Shown: positions 1 to 9,744, numbered from the stretch's first letter. The stretch: DNA of 64,000 nucleotides from an uncultured Chloroflexia bacterium (GCA_963742075.1 CAVUKR010000004.1:10084-74083), one strand, 5' to 3'. Translations and numbers: made by a program. The notes: generated from the sequence alone by a model not told the origin.

Positions 1-1
1 G

Positions 2-481
2 TCGCCGGTTCCCTCGCCGTCGTCACCGCCCGCGGCATTCGCGGTCTCGAGCCCGTCCTTCGCCGACGGCGCCGCCATCCCGACGAAGTTCACCTGCGAC
101 GGCGCCGGCATCTCACCCGAAGTAGCCTGGTCCGGCGCGCCCGATGGGACCCGGGCGCTCGCCCTCACGGTCATCGACCCAGACGCCGGCGACTTCGTCC
201 ACTGGCTTGTCTTCAACATCCCCGGGGCGACCTCGGGCTCCGTGGCGGCCGACGTCGGGACCGGTTCGAGTGCGCCACCACAGGGCAGGAACAGCCGGGG
301 TCAACGCGGCTACACCGGTCCGTGCCCGCCATCGGGACGGCACCACTACGTGTTCACGCTGTACGCGCTCGACGCCAGGCTCGGCCTGTCAGGGACACCC
401 AGCCGGTCGGCACTGGACGCGGCGATCAAGGGGCACGTGCTCTCGACGGCCGTGCTGACCGGGACGTACAAACGGCCCTGA
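2..481 (+). CDS. YbhB/YbcL (PEBP, Raf-kinase-inhibitor-like) family protein, 5'-partial
   Basis: The frame is open from the window edge. The translation (...FTCDGAGISPEVAWSGAPDGTRALALTVIDPDAGDFVHWLVFNIP...GYTGPCPPSGRHHYVFTLYALD) carries the bacterial PEBP signature. Confidence 0.85.
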   Translation, partial: SPVPSPSSPPAAFAVSSPSFADGAAIPTKFTCDGAGISPEVAWSGAPDGTRALALTVIDPDAGDFVHWLVFNIPGATSGSVAADVGTGSSAPPQGRNSRGQRGYTGPCPPSGRHHYVFTLYALDARLGLSGTPSRSALDAAIKGHVLSTAVLTGTYKRP

Positions 482-494
482 TGCGCCCTCCCGA

Positions 495-1232
495 CTAGAC
501 CGGCGGCTTCTCCCAGACCGAGACGTGCTTGCGACTCTCGCTCGTGAACGGCTCACGCCGCCATCCGCTCCAGCGCTCGCGCAGCCGCATGCCGGCGAGC
601 TGCGCCATCAGGTCGAGCTCGGCGGGCCAGACATAGCGAAACGGCATCGAGACGCGCTCGACGCGCCCGTCGTCGAACGTCAGGTGGTGCGAGATGAGCC
701 CCTGGTTCGCGATGTCGTACTCGTCGATCCCCCAGTGGTGTTCGCTCACGTCGAAGGGCCGGATCGTCTCGCCGGGCGGGAGGCGCTGGAGGTCGGGGAC
801 GCCCACTTCGATGACGAAGCAGCCGCCGGGCTCGAGGTGGGTCGCCACGTTGCGGAAGCACGCGACCTGGGTAGCCTGCGTCGTCAGGTTCTCGATCGTG
901 TTGAAGACGACGTAGGCGACCGCGAAGGACCCGTCCACCGTCGTCGTCGCGAAATCGCCGATCGTCACGCCGACGTCTGCGCCGCCCGGCTTGGCGCGGA
1001 GCCTCGCGACCATCGCCTCGGACAGCTCGATCCCGTGCACGGGCACGCCTCGCCCTGCGAGCGGGAGGGCGATCCGCCCGGTCCCTATCCCGAGCTCGAG
1101 CGCGCGGCCGGTCCCGGCGAGCTCCGCGAGGAAGTCGACGACGGGGTCGACCGCCGCGGCCTCGAACATCTCCGGGGACGATTCGTCGTACCTCGCGGCG
1201 ACCGGTTCATCGAAGTAGCCGTCGTCATGCAC
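495..1232 (-). CDS. Class I SAM-dependent methyltransferase
   Basis: Contains the LELGIGTGRIALPLAGRGVPVHGIELSEAMV motif I/II region. The start is taken at GTG 1232 (VHDDGYFDE...), because the ORF N-terminal extension to 1298 looks non-coding. Confidence 0.8.
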   Translation of the reverse strand: MHDDGYFDEPVAARYDESSPEMFEAAAVDPVVDFLAELAGTGRALELGIGTGRIALPLAGRGVPVHGIELSEAMVARLRAKPGGADVGVTIGDFATTTVDGSFAVAYVVFNTIENLTTQATQVACFRNVATHLEPGGCFVIEVGVPDLQRLPPGETIRPFDVSEHHWGIDEYDIANQGLISHHLTFDDGRVERVSMPFRYVWPAELDLMAQLAGMRLRERWSGWRREPFTSESRKHVSVWEKPPV

Positions 1233-1296
1233 CGACGGAATTCTACGGCACGTACGATTGTGCCGGAACCGGCCGACGGAACGAATGGAGGGCGCC

Positions 1297-1707
1297 ATGC
1301 TCGCGGACCACCTGGTGTTCCCGATCCTGCTGTCGATGGACCTGGGAGCGACCCGGGCGTTCTACCACGACACGCTCGGTCTCGAGATCCTGCGGGAGGA
1401 CGACGAGCGGATCATCTTCCGCTGCGGCGCGGGCTCGCAGGTCGCGGTCACCCTCAGCACGATCGGGACGTCGGACACGCAGACCCAGCTCGCGTGGCGG
1501 GTCCCCGACATCCACGCCGAGCTCGCCGACCTTCGAGCCCGCGGGGTGCGGATCGAGGCGTACGAGGCGCCAGACCCCGTGACGGACGCCGACGGCATCG
1601 CGGACATGGGCTACGCGTGGGCGGCCTGGTTCCTCGATCCGAGCGCGAACGCTCTGTCCGTCATCCAGCCGAAGGCGCCACCGGCCGCGCCGGCGCGCGT
1701 GCCCTGA
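1297..1707 (+). CDS. VOC (glyoxalase/bleomycin-resistance) family protein
   Basis: MLADHLVFPILLSMDLGATRAFYHDTLGLEILRED... is typical of the VOC fold. GGAGGG lies just upstream of ATG 1297. Alternative starts are at 1285 and 1258. Confidence 0.8.
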   Translation: MLADHLVFPILLSMDLGATRAFYHDTLGLEILREDDERIIFRCGAGSQVAVTLSTIGTSDTQTQLAWRVPDIHAELADLRARGVRIEAYEAPDPVTDADGIADMGYAWAAWFLDPSANALSVIQPKAPPAAPARVP

Positions 1708-1726
1708 TCGAGTGGCCTCCGGGCCA

Positions 1727-2602
1727 TCACGTCACGGCGGCGAGCATCTCCGCCCAATGGCTGATCGGGATCAGGTGGCCCTCGCCCGGGTAGGTCACGA
1801 GGGTCGCTCGCGGGATGGTCGAGGCGAGGTACGCGGCGTGGTTCGGACCGACCATCGCGTCGGATCCGCCCGCCCAGATGTGCGTGGGCTGGCGGATGTC
1901 GGCCACCGAGAAGCCCCAGGGCGAATACGCGTCGAGGTCGTCGGCCGAGTAGCCGGCCGATCCTTGCCGCGCTGATTCGCGCGTCTGCGTCTTCATCGCC
2001 TCGAGGGTCGCCGGATCGGCGAGAACCCGATCGTCGGATTCGCCCCAGCTCTCGGCGTACATCGTCTCCCAGCCGCCGCCGTTCAACCAGGCGCCTGCGG
2101 CGGCGATCGCCGCAAGGCCCGCCGAGCGGTCGACGGCGAGCAACTCCATGGCGGCCCTGTCTTCCGGTGTCAGCTCGTCGACCGCTCCCCGAACGAGCTC
2201 GATCGGTCCGACGCTTGCCGCGAGGCCGATCATCTCGACGCGATCCGGCACGCCGACACCCATGGCCATGGCGTACCGCCCACCGCCCGACCACCCGATG
2301 ACCGGACACGGTGGCAGCGTGAGCTGCTCTGCGAACTCCGCGTAGTCGCGAGGCGAGTCCAGCGGCGTGCGCCCGGGCAGCGGGTCGGAACCCCCATACC
2401 CAGGCCGATCGAATGTCAGAAGGCGCACGCCGGCGGCTTCGGTCGCCTCCTCATCGGGGCAGAACAGCCGAGAGGCGGGCGACCCGTGGATGAGGACGAC
2501 CAACTTGCCGTCGAGGTCACCCCACTCGCTGTACGCCAGCCGCCGGCCGTCGCGCAACTCGATCGTCCGATCGACCTTCGGGACCGCGGTCGCCTTCGTC
2601 AT
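1727..2602 (-). CDS. Alpha/beta hydrolase
   Basis: Contains VVLIHGSPASRLF and the nucleophile-elbow-like GWSGGGRYAM, with a C-terminal GEGHLIP histidine motif. Confidence 0.85.
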   Translation of the reverse strand: MTKATAVPKVDRTIELRDGRRLAYSEWGDLDGKLVVLIHGSPASRLFCPDEEATEAAGVRLLTFDRPGYGGSDPLPGRTPLDSPRDYAEFAEQLTLPPCPVIGWSGGGRYAMAMGVGVPDRVEMIGLAASVGPIELVRGAVDELTPEDRAAMELLAVDRSAGLAAIAAAGAWLNGGGWETMYAESWGESDDRVLADPATLEAMKTQTRESARQGSAGYSADDLDAYSPWGFSVADIRQPTHIWAGGSDAMVGPNHAAYLASTIPRATLVTYPGEGHLIPISHWAEMLAAVT

Positions 2603-2627
2603 GGCGGTCCGACCCGGCGTCCGGCCC

Positions 2628-3047
2628 CTAGGCCGGTGCGCCCGCCGGCACGACGCCGAGCTGCTGCATCATCGCCAGTAAATTGACGACACCCCAGTGC
2701 TCGTGGACCAGGCCGTCGTCGCCGAACCGCATGATGTCGATCAGCTGCACGTCCACGCTCTTGCCGGTGGCCGGCATGCCCATGAAGTCGCCCTGGTTGG
2801 TCCCCGTGGCGCGCACTCGGGCGACGGCCCTGTCACCGCTCGACATGACGTCTTCGGTGGTCATCCGCAGATCGGGGAACGCTGCGCGATACGCCCGGAA
2901 GAAGGTCTTGACGCCCTCCCTGGTCGGCGCGAGACCCGGTGTCACCTCGTGCTCGACGAAATCGTCGGCGAGAAGCTCCCCGAATCCATCGATGTCCCCA
3001 GCGTTGACCAGGTCGTACATGCGCTGGAGCGTCGCGGTGTGATCCAT
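2628..3047 (-). CDS. SnoaL-like ester cyclase (NTF2 fold)
   Basis: 139 aa. The motifs TFFRAYRAAFPDLRMTTEDV...GTNQGDFMGMPATGKSVDVQLIDIMRF are characteristic of the ester cyclase family. Confidence 0.85.
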   Translation of the reverse strand: MDHTATLQRMYDLVNAGDIDGFGELLADDFVEHEVTPGLAPTREGVKTFFRAYRAAFPDLRMTTEDVMSSGDRAVARVRATGTNQGDFMGMPATGKSVDVQLIDIMRFGDDGLVHEHWGVVNLLAMMQQLGVVPAGAPA

Positions 3048-3104
3048 CGAGCTTCTCCTTCGGGGTCTTGGGGACGTCGAGTGTATGGCAGACCAACGCT
3101 CGCG

Positions 3105-3521
3105 TCAGCGGGGCCGGGTCCCTCTCGCCGACACTACGGCGCCTACGGCGATCACGAATCCAGCGACCAGAAGCGCGATGGCGGCCGCGAGTAGCGGAGT
3201 GACGTTCGCATTGCCACAGAAGTCATCGGTCTTCGCGCAAGCGGAGATGGTGTTCCACGAGTAGAAGAGGAATAGCGCTCCATACCCGACGAGGAACCCG
3301 GCAAACCGGATGAGGAACCCCGCCGACGTCGAGAGGGAGCGCGGTCGCACCGCCAAGACGCGCCTGATGGTGATGAGCGCCGTAACAATGCCGACCGCGA
3401 GCAGTCCCAGCCCCACAACGGGCGACAGGTCGGTCAACAGGCCGCCGGCTGCCCCGACGATCAAGCCGGTAAGGAAACCACGAGCGCTCTCGGACCGGTA
3501 TAGCTCGCTATCAGTGGCCAT
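3105..3521 (-). CDS. Hypothetical integral membrane protein
   Basis: This is the C-terminal 138 codons of ORF 3105..4289, starting at ATG (MATDSELY...). It has 4 hydrophobic segments. The rest of the long ORF is Arg/Pro-rich and looks non-coding. Confidence 0.6.
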   Translation of the reverse strand: MATDSELYRSESARGFLTGLIVGAAGGLLTDLSPVVGLGLLAVGIVTALITIRRVLAVRPRSLSTSAGFLIRFAGFLVGYGALFLFYSWNTISACAKTDDFCGNANVTPLLAAAIALLVAGFVIAVGAVVSARGTRPR

Positions 3522-3737
3522 CGTCAGCCTGCAGTCGATACCTGGTCTGATCGTCCCCCAGAGTAAGCCCTCTTGCGAACGGGACACGCCCGAGGAAGGG
3601 CGGATGGTGATCGCGGCTGCGCTCGCGGCCCTGCTGATCGCCCAGCGAGCCTGAGAAGTCCGCGGGAGGCGCGACGCGAATCGCTGATGGGCCGGCCCGC
3701 CGCCGGATACGATGGCGTCTTCAGGGAGGTGCTTCAG

Positions 3738-4019
3738 ATGATGGCGATATTCGGGGCGATCCTGCCTCGCTTCGTGATCCTTGCCGGATGGGTGAACGAT
3801 CAGGCCGGCTGGAAAGCGGTCTTCGGATCTGAGATCTGGCTCCTGGGAGGGTTCCTCTTCTTCCCATGGACGACGCTCATCTACGCGTTGGTCCAGCCGA
3901 ACGGCCTGAGCCTCCTCAACTGGATCTTCCTCGGGTGCGCCCTGCTCATCGATCTTGGGACGTGGGGCATCGGGTTCTTCGCGGGCCGGAAGGAGTACTC
4001 CGCCTATCGCGGAACGTAG
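3738..4019 (+). CDS. Small membrane protein
   Basis: AGGGAGG lies 7 nt upstream of ATG 3738. The product (MMAIFGAILPRFVILAGW...) has 3 hydrophobic helices. Confidence 0.55.
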   Translation: MMAIFGAILPRFVILAGWVNDQAGWKAVFGSEIWLLGGFLFFPWTTLIYALVQPNGLSLLNWIFLGCALLIDLGTWGIGFFAGRKEYSAYRGT

Positions 4020-4061
4020 CGAGCCCGATCGACAGCCATACCTCGTTCGAGGAGAGATACC

Positions 4062-4445
4062 GTGAAACGACCGTTCGGGGTCACCATCCTCGCGATCATC
4101 TTCGGGGCGGCCGGCATCGCCTACATGATGCTCGGCTTCCAGCTGACCACCGGCGTCACGTTCGGACCGCTCCCGGCGGGGCAAGGCACATGGTTCTGGG
4201 GCTGGCTCATCGTGCTGACCGGTCTGGCGTTCTGGGCCGGGGGCGTGGCCGCATGGCGCCTGGCGCCGTGGGGATGGATGCTCGGGCACATCCTCGCGAT
4301 CCTCGGGATCCTCGAGGCCATCTTCACGCTGCTGGGCACCGGCAACCTGGGCTACGCGCTGGCCTCGACGGCATTCCCGTTCCTGCTGCTCTGGTACCTG
4401 AACCGGGCGTCCGTCAAGCGGGCCTTCGGCATCGCTGACGAATAG
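4062..4445 (+). CDS. Hypothetical membrane protein (4 TM)
   Basis: 127-aa ORF. MKRPFGVTILAIIFGAAGIAYMMLGF... is hydrophobic throughout. Confidence 0.6.
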   Translation: MKRPFGVTILAIIFGAAGIAYMMLGFQLTTGVTFGPLPAGQGTWFWGWLIVLTGLAFWAGGVAAWRLAPWGWMLGHILAILGILEAIFTLLGTGNLGYALASTAFPFLLLWYLNRASVKRAFGIADE

Positions 4446-4512
4446 CCGGGGTCATTCGGCAGAAGCGTCCGCCGGCGGCGAGCCCAACCCGGCTCGACCG
4501 CGCCGGATCTGA

Positions 4513-5425
4513 TCACGGAGTCAGCGTGACTGGCACCGGCCGGCCCTGCTGCACCTCGAGCACCGTTCGCTCGCCCAGCGGAGCGGCGAGCTCGAGCGCC
4601 GCGGTTCGCGGTGCCCCTTCGGCCGTGCAAGCCCCGATCGTCATGTGGGGATGGCGCGTCACGATGACGACAACCGCCAGATCTGACTCGACCGCCTCGG
4701 CCGTGTAGTCCTCGCCGCACGGCTGATCGCCTGGCAACGGTGCCCCGATGAACGCGACCGTGAGCTGGCGCCCGCCGACCGTCCCGCTGGCCGAGTCGAT
4801 GGCGAGCCCGACCGGAGGATCGTCGGGGTTCCAGGGTGGCAGGACGACGGCGATCGCGTCGGCGATAGCCGCGCGTGTCACGGTGACCGCCGTGCCCTCC
4901 ACGGTCAGGTCCCAGACGGGCGCGGTGGCGGATCCGCGGCTCGTCTCGATCGGGCCAGTCGTCAACCGCGCGTCGGTGATCCGCAGGGGCGTGCAGTCGC
5001 CACACGGCTCCGACGTGCCGGCTCTTGATCGCGGCGACAGCTTGTTGCGCGGAGATCAGGGCGACGGACACCGTCGTGCCGTCCTGCCAGCGAACCTCGC
5101 CGTCCGGTGGTGTCGCTGCCGGCAGGCTGGCGTCTGCCTCGACCAAGCCGGCCATCAGCGCGCGCTTGTTGTTGTCGCCGACCGCCGGCTCCCAGTCGCC
5201 GACCTGGCCGGTCAGTTCGCCGACGAGCACGACCGCTGACGGGCCGCCCGCCGCTGCCACCGCGTCGGCCCAACGGGTGAGTGCGTCGCGGGCCTGCTGT
5301 TGGAGCTTGGCCGAATCGTCGCCAATCCCCCCACAACCGGCCAGGACGAGCGCCATGGCAACCACGGCAAGAACTGCGCCGGGACGGAGACGCGGAGGGA
5401 CGGGGCGACGGACCGGACGGAGCAC
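4513..5425 (-). pseudogene. Lipoprotein gene with one frame change near 5020-5030 (true pseudogene or assembly indel)
   Basis: The N-terminal part (frame of ORF 4352..5425) has a signal peptide plus the lipobox LVLAGC. Coding-like sequence then continues in the frame of ORF 4513..4965 (...AAIKS / RAGTSEPCGDCTPLRITDARLTTGPIETS...). Confidence 0.5.
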
Positions 5426-5526
5426 GTCCAGACCGTCCGCCGCACCACGTCGAAAGTCAAGGCCGCCAATTCAGCGCCGCCGTGCTCAGCAGCGTGCCGC
5501 TGGGCCGAAGAGAGAACTCGGCGCCG

Positions 5527-5554
5527 TGGCAAATTCTTCGCCAATGTCACCCGG
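5527..5554 (+). repeat. Array repeat copy (23/28 match)
   Basis: Sequence tggcaaattcttcgccaatgtcacccgg. Its TGA on the minus strand is the stop of the upstream minus-strand ORF frame. Confidence 0.7.
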
Positions 5555-5962
5555 TATCCGATGTGCCCCATTCCCGGTGAAGCTCGTCCCAGGCCATCTG
5601 CGTCAACAGGCCGAACCAGGTCCGGAAACGCGCAGCGAATGACCAGCCATGAGTGTTCGACGCGACATTCCCGAGAGTCTCGAGGAGGCCGACCTTGAGC
5701 CGTATCGAACGCCGGCATCGCCTGTCCGAAGGTAGTGCTCGACGGTGGCAAAGACCGCCGGGAATTCGGCGGTGTCGGCCCGGTCGAGCAGCCCGACCAG
5801 GTGACGGGCGCACTCCCCAAGGTCGATGTAGACGCCACGCTCGCCGGGGTCCGGCCAGTCCGCAACGTAGTCACGCCACGGATCACGGAATGAAGGGCAT
5901 GCTTCAAGCAGCGCCGGGATGAGGACGCGATCGGGGTCGTGTGGTCCGGGCGGTTCCGTCAT
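5547..5962 (-). pseudogene. Immunity-like small protein, frame-shifted near 5700
   Basis: ATG 5962 overlaps the upstream stop (ATGA). The N-terminal part is MTEPPGPHDPDRVLIPALLEACPSFRDPWRDYVADW...ATVEHYLRTGDAGVR. The C-terminal part continues in the frame of ORF 5547..5813 (LKVGLLETLGNVASNTHGWSFAARFRTWFGLLTQMAWDEL). It is a paralog of 13893..14230. Confidence 0.5.
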
Positions 5963-6604
5963 TCGTCGCGACCTGGCCGCGAGCCATGGATCGGGTGCTC
6001 GGCCAGAACACGACGACGTAGATCGGCAGTCCGCTTGTGAGCCACGCTCGAGTCTCCCGTGGCGTCGAGGATCGCCTCGAAACGCCGCTCGCCAGCGGTC
6101 GTAGGTCGGCGTCCGTCGCACGATGTTCTCCATGCCTTGGGCATGCCGTACGCCAGGATTCGAGACGAAGTGGAAGCCGAACGACTCGGCCTTTTCGTCG
6201 ACGTCGTCGATGACCGCGAAGTCCCAGCGCAGCCAGCCGGGGTCTGACGGCATCTCGACCTCGGCCGGGAAGAAAGCGACCTCATCGCCAACGGAAAAGG
6301 GCGGGCCGGGCGGTTCCATGGCTTGGCGTTCGGGAATGTCACCCGAGGTCGTCGGCTCGATCGAAGCGATCGCCGAACCAGGAGCGTCCGGCGGCGTCGT
6401 ACTGGTGACCTCGCAGTGGTAGCAGCCATCGATTCCGTTGCCGCTGCGGTGCCAGTCGTGGCTTCCGCAATCCCTCGCCTTGGGTACGACCAACCCCAGT
6501 CGGTAGTACAGGACATCCGGCGTGTGGACCCGAAGCCACGCGCGCCATCGGGCATTGCGAAGGCTGAACGGGTAGTCGGCAACGTCTCGGTCTGACTGAG
6601 GCAC
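5959..6604 (-). CDS. Cys/His-motif protein (paralog of 12378..12608) with a C-terminal extension; probable frame change near 6090
   Basis: Leaderless signature TATCCT-GACGCC-GTG(6604). The N-terminus RDVADYPFSLRNARWRAWLRVHTPDVLYYRLGLVVPKARDCGSHDW...DGCYHC is about 80% identical to the second copy. The last part appears to continue in the frame that ends at 5959. Confidence 0.5.
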
Positions 6605-6629
6605 GGCGTCAGGATAGGTCGCGAACAGA

Positions 6630-6655
6630 TCGCAAAGCGTGCCTCAATGACACGG
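6630..6655 (+). repeat. Array repeat copy
   Basis: Sequence tcgcaaagcgtgcctcaatgacacgg, 25 nt from GTG 6604. Confidence 0.9.
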
Positions 6656-6671
6656 CGGGCGCAGTCGGCCG

Positions 6672-7490
6672 TCAATCCTGGTGATTTCGGGACTGCTCCC
6701 ATACGGCGACGATCGGCGGAAGGACTTCCACTATGAAACGTCGGGCGTCGTCAATCGAGGTCGGACCATGTGCGGTTGCCACTTCGAACACCGCGAGTCG
6801 ATCCGGCTCCGGTCCCGATAGCTGGATGGACCAAGATGGTTGCTCGACCCGCCAGACGAGGCCAGCGCGCTGACCGTCTGGTGCAATCACGTATGCGTCG
6901 CCAGTATGGTCAAGCGTGTCGAGCGACGATGTGATCAAACCGAGCCTCCAGCCCTCGGCTTCCACGCCATCGAGCACTGGGAACCCGTGGTAGACGGGGG
7001 CACCGGGCGGGGGCGCGAGAAACGCAGGGAGACGTGAATCAGCGGACTCGGCGGCGGTGTCCAGTGCGACCGGGTGACCAACCGTATCGAAGGGTCGGTC
7101 CGTTGGTGTCCAGGCTGGGAACGCCCCTCGAGCCTCGGGGACCGTTAGACGGCGCGTAGGAACGTCCTGACGACGGGGTCGCTTCTCCCCGCGACGGTCC
7201 GCCAGCAGCCACCGGGTGGCATACACGAACAATGCCAGGTCGAACGCGAGGAAGGCCCCGCCGACGAACAGCCGCCACTCGAGTTGCCCACGGACGTCGC
7301 CAGGGGAGTAGGTCACTGTCGGAAAGAAGACCCCCAGGACGAGGAAGACCATCGTCACGGGCCCAACGATCAAGAGCGCCTTCGCCGACGCGCGTCGTCG
7401 GACATAGGCATGGAACATACGCCAATAGGCGTCGTCGTCCATCTCTGTCCCTTTCGGACTCGGGGATCGTCCACCGCGTTCCAGCGACAT
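6672..7490 (-). CDS. Hypothetical membrane-anchored protein
   Basis: 272-aa ORF. The more likely start is ATG 7442, which has AAAGGGA 6 nt upstream. It has two TM helices followed by a soluble C-terminal domain. Confidence 0.6.
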   Translation of the reverse strand: MSLERGGRSPSPKGTEMDDDAYWRMFHAYVRRRASAKALLIVGPVTMVFLVLGVFFPTVTYSPGDVRGQLEWRLFVGGAFLAFDLALFVYATRWLLADRRGEKRPRRQDVPTRRLTVPEARGAFPAWTPTDRPFDTVGHPVALDTAAESADSRLPAFLAPPPGAPVYHGFPVLDGVEAEGWRLGLITSSLDTLDHTGDAYVIAPDGQRAGLVWRVEQPSWSIQLSGPEPDRLAVFEVATAHGPTSIDDARRFIVEVLPPIVAVWEQSRNHQD

Positions 7491-7526
7491 TCTCCGTCCG
7501 TACGACGGGGTGCGAGCGCCGCTTGG

Positions 7527-7553
7527 TCACTCAGTGTTCGCCAATAACACCAG
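7527..7553 (+). repeat. Array repeat copy, degenerate
   Basis: Sequence tcactcagtgttcgccaataacaccag, about 18/27 match to the consensus. Confidence 0.5.
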
Positions 7554-7595
7554 CACGTCACATGGTTGCGGCCCGCGCCTCCGGGGCTTTGGCGT

Positions 7596-8228
7596 TCAGC
7601 TGAGGAAGATCAGCGCGATTGCGATAGCGCTGGCCGCGACGACCGGTATCTGGAGCAAGCCGCTGCGCGAGATCTGCGCATGAGCGATCGCCTTCCCCGT
7701 CTGTTCATCGACGCCTCGCATCGCCCGAACCGCTGTCGCGCCGGTCGCGCCGATCGCGAGAGCGGACGCTCCACTGATCAGGCCGAGGATGACGAATGGC
7801 CAGTCAGTGAGGGCCTTCGTGGGTTCTTCGACGATGAAGAGCGCCAGCAATGCAACGACGATGCCAAGGACGACGACTTCGAGGATGTAGACGGCAGCGA
7901 GTGTCGATATCCGAGGATCGCCGACGCCCCGCTGGCGGGCAACGAGGGCGAGCCCGATGATGCCGCCAATCGCTGCAGGTCCAGCCGCCAAGAGTCCATC
8001 GGCCGGGTCCGTGACGTCGCCCGCGACAAAGATGGCCAGCAATCCGACGACCGTACCCAAGACGGCAGCGCCCAGGCAGAAGGCCATGAGGATCATCGCG
8101 AGACTTCGGCCCGTTGGGACCTGGCGGCTAACGACCGCTCCATCGGGGGGCCACGTGCCCGTGGAGATCAGACCGAGCGCGACGGCGGCCCCAAAGGAGG
8201 ATAAGCCAGTCATCAGCAGTGGGCCCAC
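7596..8228 (-). CDS. Hypothetical polytopic membrane protein
   Basis: 210 aa with about 6 hydrophobic helices. GAGAGG lies 6 nt upstream of GTG 8228. Confidence 0.6.
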   Translation of the reverse strand: MGPLLMTGLSSFGAAVALGLISTGTWPPDGAVVSRQVPTGRSLAMILMAFCLGAAVLGTVVGLLAIFVAGDVTDPADGLLAAGPAAIGGIIGLALVARQRGVGDPRISTLAAVYILEVVVLGIVVALLALFIVEEPTKALTDWPFVILGLISGASALAIGATGATAVRAMRGVDEQTGKAIAHAQISRSGLLQIPVVAASAIAIALIFLS

Positions 8229-8356
8229 GAAGAACCTCTCGACGGCGAGTGTCGGGCCAGCATAGCCACGCAGAGGCGCTCGATCAGCTTCGCCGTGCCA
8301 CCGCTTCGAGAAGGCCGCACAAACCGATCAGCTGACCGACGGAATATTCCCTGCCG

Positions 8357-8380
8357 TCACATAGCGTTCGTCAGTGACGC
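8357..8380 (+). repeat. Array repeat copy, degenerate
   Basis: Sequence tcacatagcgttcgtcagtgacgc, about 16/24 match. Confidence 0.4.
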
Positions 8381-8446
8381 TTGCTCTCGCCGGGCGCGCG
8401 GTCGGCCCATGCGCGACCGGGCGGGCTGGCGCGCCGTCTTCCTGCC

Positions 8447-8809
8447 ATGAAGGCGGTCGCCGGTCTGCTGCTCTGCTCACTCGTCGCGTGCTCCGCGGCG
8501 GGGGCTAGCGCCACGCCACCGATATCTGCCGAGGCAGCTCAGGCCGTGGCCCTCAGCAATGCCGGCTCGTCGACCCCACCGCGCGTCCTCTCGGTCCGGC
8601 TGTCCACCTACGGGCTGGAGACTTCCGGCGGGTTGGTCGTTGCCGCCGCCACACCGGTCTGGTCCGTTCTCATTGCCGGCTCCTTCCCGTCCTCCTGCGG
8701 CCCGTATACGGCCACCCCGCATCCCTGCCCGGCCCCAGCGACGACCGAGCGCGTGCTGGTCGACGCCAGAACGGGTTCCTTCATCGAGGGCGACATCCCG
8801 GGAACGTAA
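8447..8809 (+). CDS. Putative lipoprotein
   Basis: ATG 8447. MKAVAGLLLCSLVACSAAG is a signal peptide with a lipobox. Confidence 0.6.
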   Translation: MKAVAGLLLCSLVACSAAGASATPPISAEAAQAVALSNAGSSTPPRVLSVRLSTYGLETSGGLVVAAATPVWSVLIAGSFPSSCGPYTATPHPCPAPATTERVLVDARTGSFIEGDIPGT

Positions 8810-8839
8810 AGGGCCGGCCATGGCGAACGGAACGCGTGG

Positions 8840-8866
8840 TCGCAAAGCGTGCGCAGATGACACCAG
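8840..8866 (+). repeat. Array repeat copy
   Basis: Sequence tcgcaaagcgtgcgcagatgacaccag, lying between convergent ORFs. Confidence 0.9.
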
Positions 8867-8879
8867 AGATGGGCCCTGC

Positions 8880-9293
8880 TTAACGCTCGACGAGTTGGCA
8901 GGGACCGACGCCGCAGTAGACGCCAACCGCGACTCGCGTGCCATCAGCGAGGTCGAGCACGACTACGCCGACTGTCGAACTGCCCTCGGCGGTGCCGGGG
9001 ATGGACTCTTGGTAGAAGCCGTGGCCGACGATGGCCGCTGGGGCGACGCCTCGTTTGCTTGTCGCCGTATCTGTGGCGACTCGCAGATATTCATCGCATG
9101 TGGCATCAGCGTAGGCGGCGCAATCGAGGGGAGTTCCGAGCGTGTAGTGGTCGACCACCGTTCCTGATACAAGCGCGCCGCTTGCCGTCGATCCACCCGA
9201 GCATCCGGCGAGGACGATGGCTTGCATGAACACCATGAGTGCTAGAGCGCGGACTCGTGTCCGTTTGCGATTGTCCCGGCGAAGGGCCCTCAT
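8880..9293 (-). CDS. Putative lipoprotein
   Basis: Leaderless signature TACCCT-GAACTA-ATG(9293). The signal peptide ends in IVLAGCSGG. Confidence 0.65.
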   Translation of the reverse strand: MRALRRDNRKRTRVRALALMVFMQAIVLAGCSGGSTASGALVSGTVVDHYTLGTPLDCAAYADATCDEYLRVATDTATSKRGVAPAAIVGHGFYQESIPGTAEGSSTVGVVVLDLADGTRVAVGVYCGVGPCQLVER

Positions 9294-9318
9294 TAGTTCA
9301 GGGTACTGGCCGTTACAA

Positions 9319-9342
9319 TCGCATAGCGTGCTGGAACAACCC
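9319..9342 (+). repeat. Array repeat copy, degenerate
   Basis: Sequence tcgcatagcgtgctggaacaaccc. The first 13 nt are nearly perfect. Confidence 0.55.
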
Positions 9343-9393
9343 TAGAGAGTACCCACGGGACGTCCCGAAATCGGGACGACATCAAATCGATCG

Positions 9394-9744
9394 TCAGGGA
9401 GCCTGGCGACGCTCGACCTCTTCGAGCATCTCTCGCAGGATGTCAGCTTGATCGGTGGCCGACAGCAGATACGGGCCACGTCCTCGCAATGCCTCTCGCC
9501 GGCTCTGGATCCGGGTCCACTGACCATCGTCGCCCATCAGATCCACGCTCCACTCGTCCCGATCTCGCACGAGCCGTACGGCGACCGGTCGAGTCAGGAT
9601 GACCTCCTGGTTGCCGAAGGACTCGGAGTCGTAGCGGTCGCGCACAACCACGAAACCCCGGTCAGCAAGCCAAGACCGAAGATCGGCCATAACGGCATCG
9701 TCGGCTGTCCATCCGACGGCGCTCGGGTCCTTTCTGGAAGGCAT
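9394..9744 (-). CDS. Hypothetical small cytoplasmic protein (immunity-like)
   Basis: Leaderless signature TACCCT-N7-ATG(9744). 116 aa with no TM segment. Confidence 0.6.
   Translation of the reverse strand: MPSRKDPSAVGWTADDAVMADLRSWLADRGFVVVRDRYDSESFGNQEVILTRPVAVRLVRDRDEWSVDLMGDDGQWTRIQSRREALRGRGPYLLSATDQADILREMLEEVERRQAP

Noticed and set aside
525-1793. Long ORFs antisense to or overlapping real genes (e.g. 525..1793+, 20492..22222+, 23954..25270+, 24636..26570+, 33650..35140+, 37112..38152-, 41317..42402-, 59617..60678+)
   Set aside because: Their products are Arg/Pro/Gly/Asp-rich and low-complexity, which is typical of off-frame translation in high-GC DNA. Each overlaps a gene with clear family motifs on the other strand or in another frame.
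4455-4485. Possible additional, very degenerate repeat copy (ttcggcagaagcgtccgccggcggcgagccc) left of the array
   Set aside because: Only the aagcgtccgcc core matches and two gaps are needed. This is too weak to call without a statistical model.
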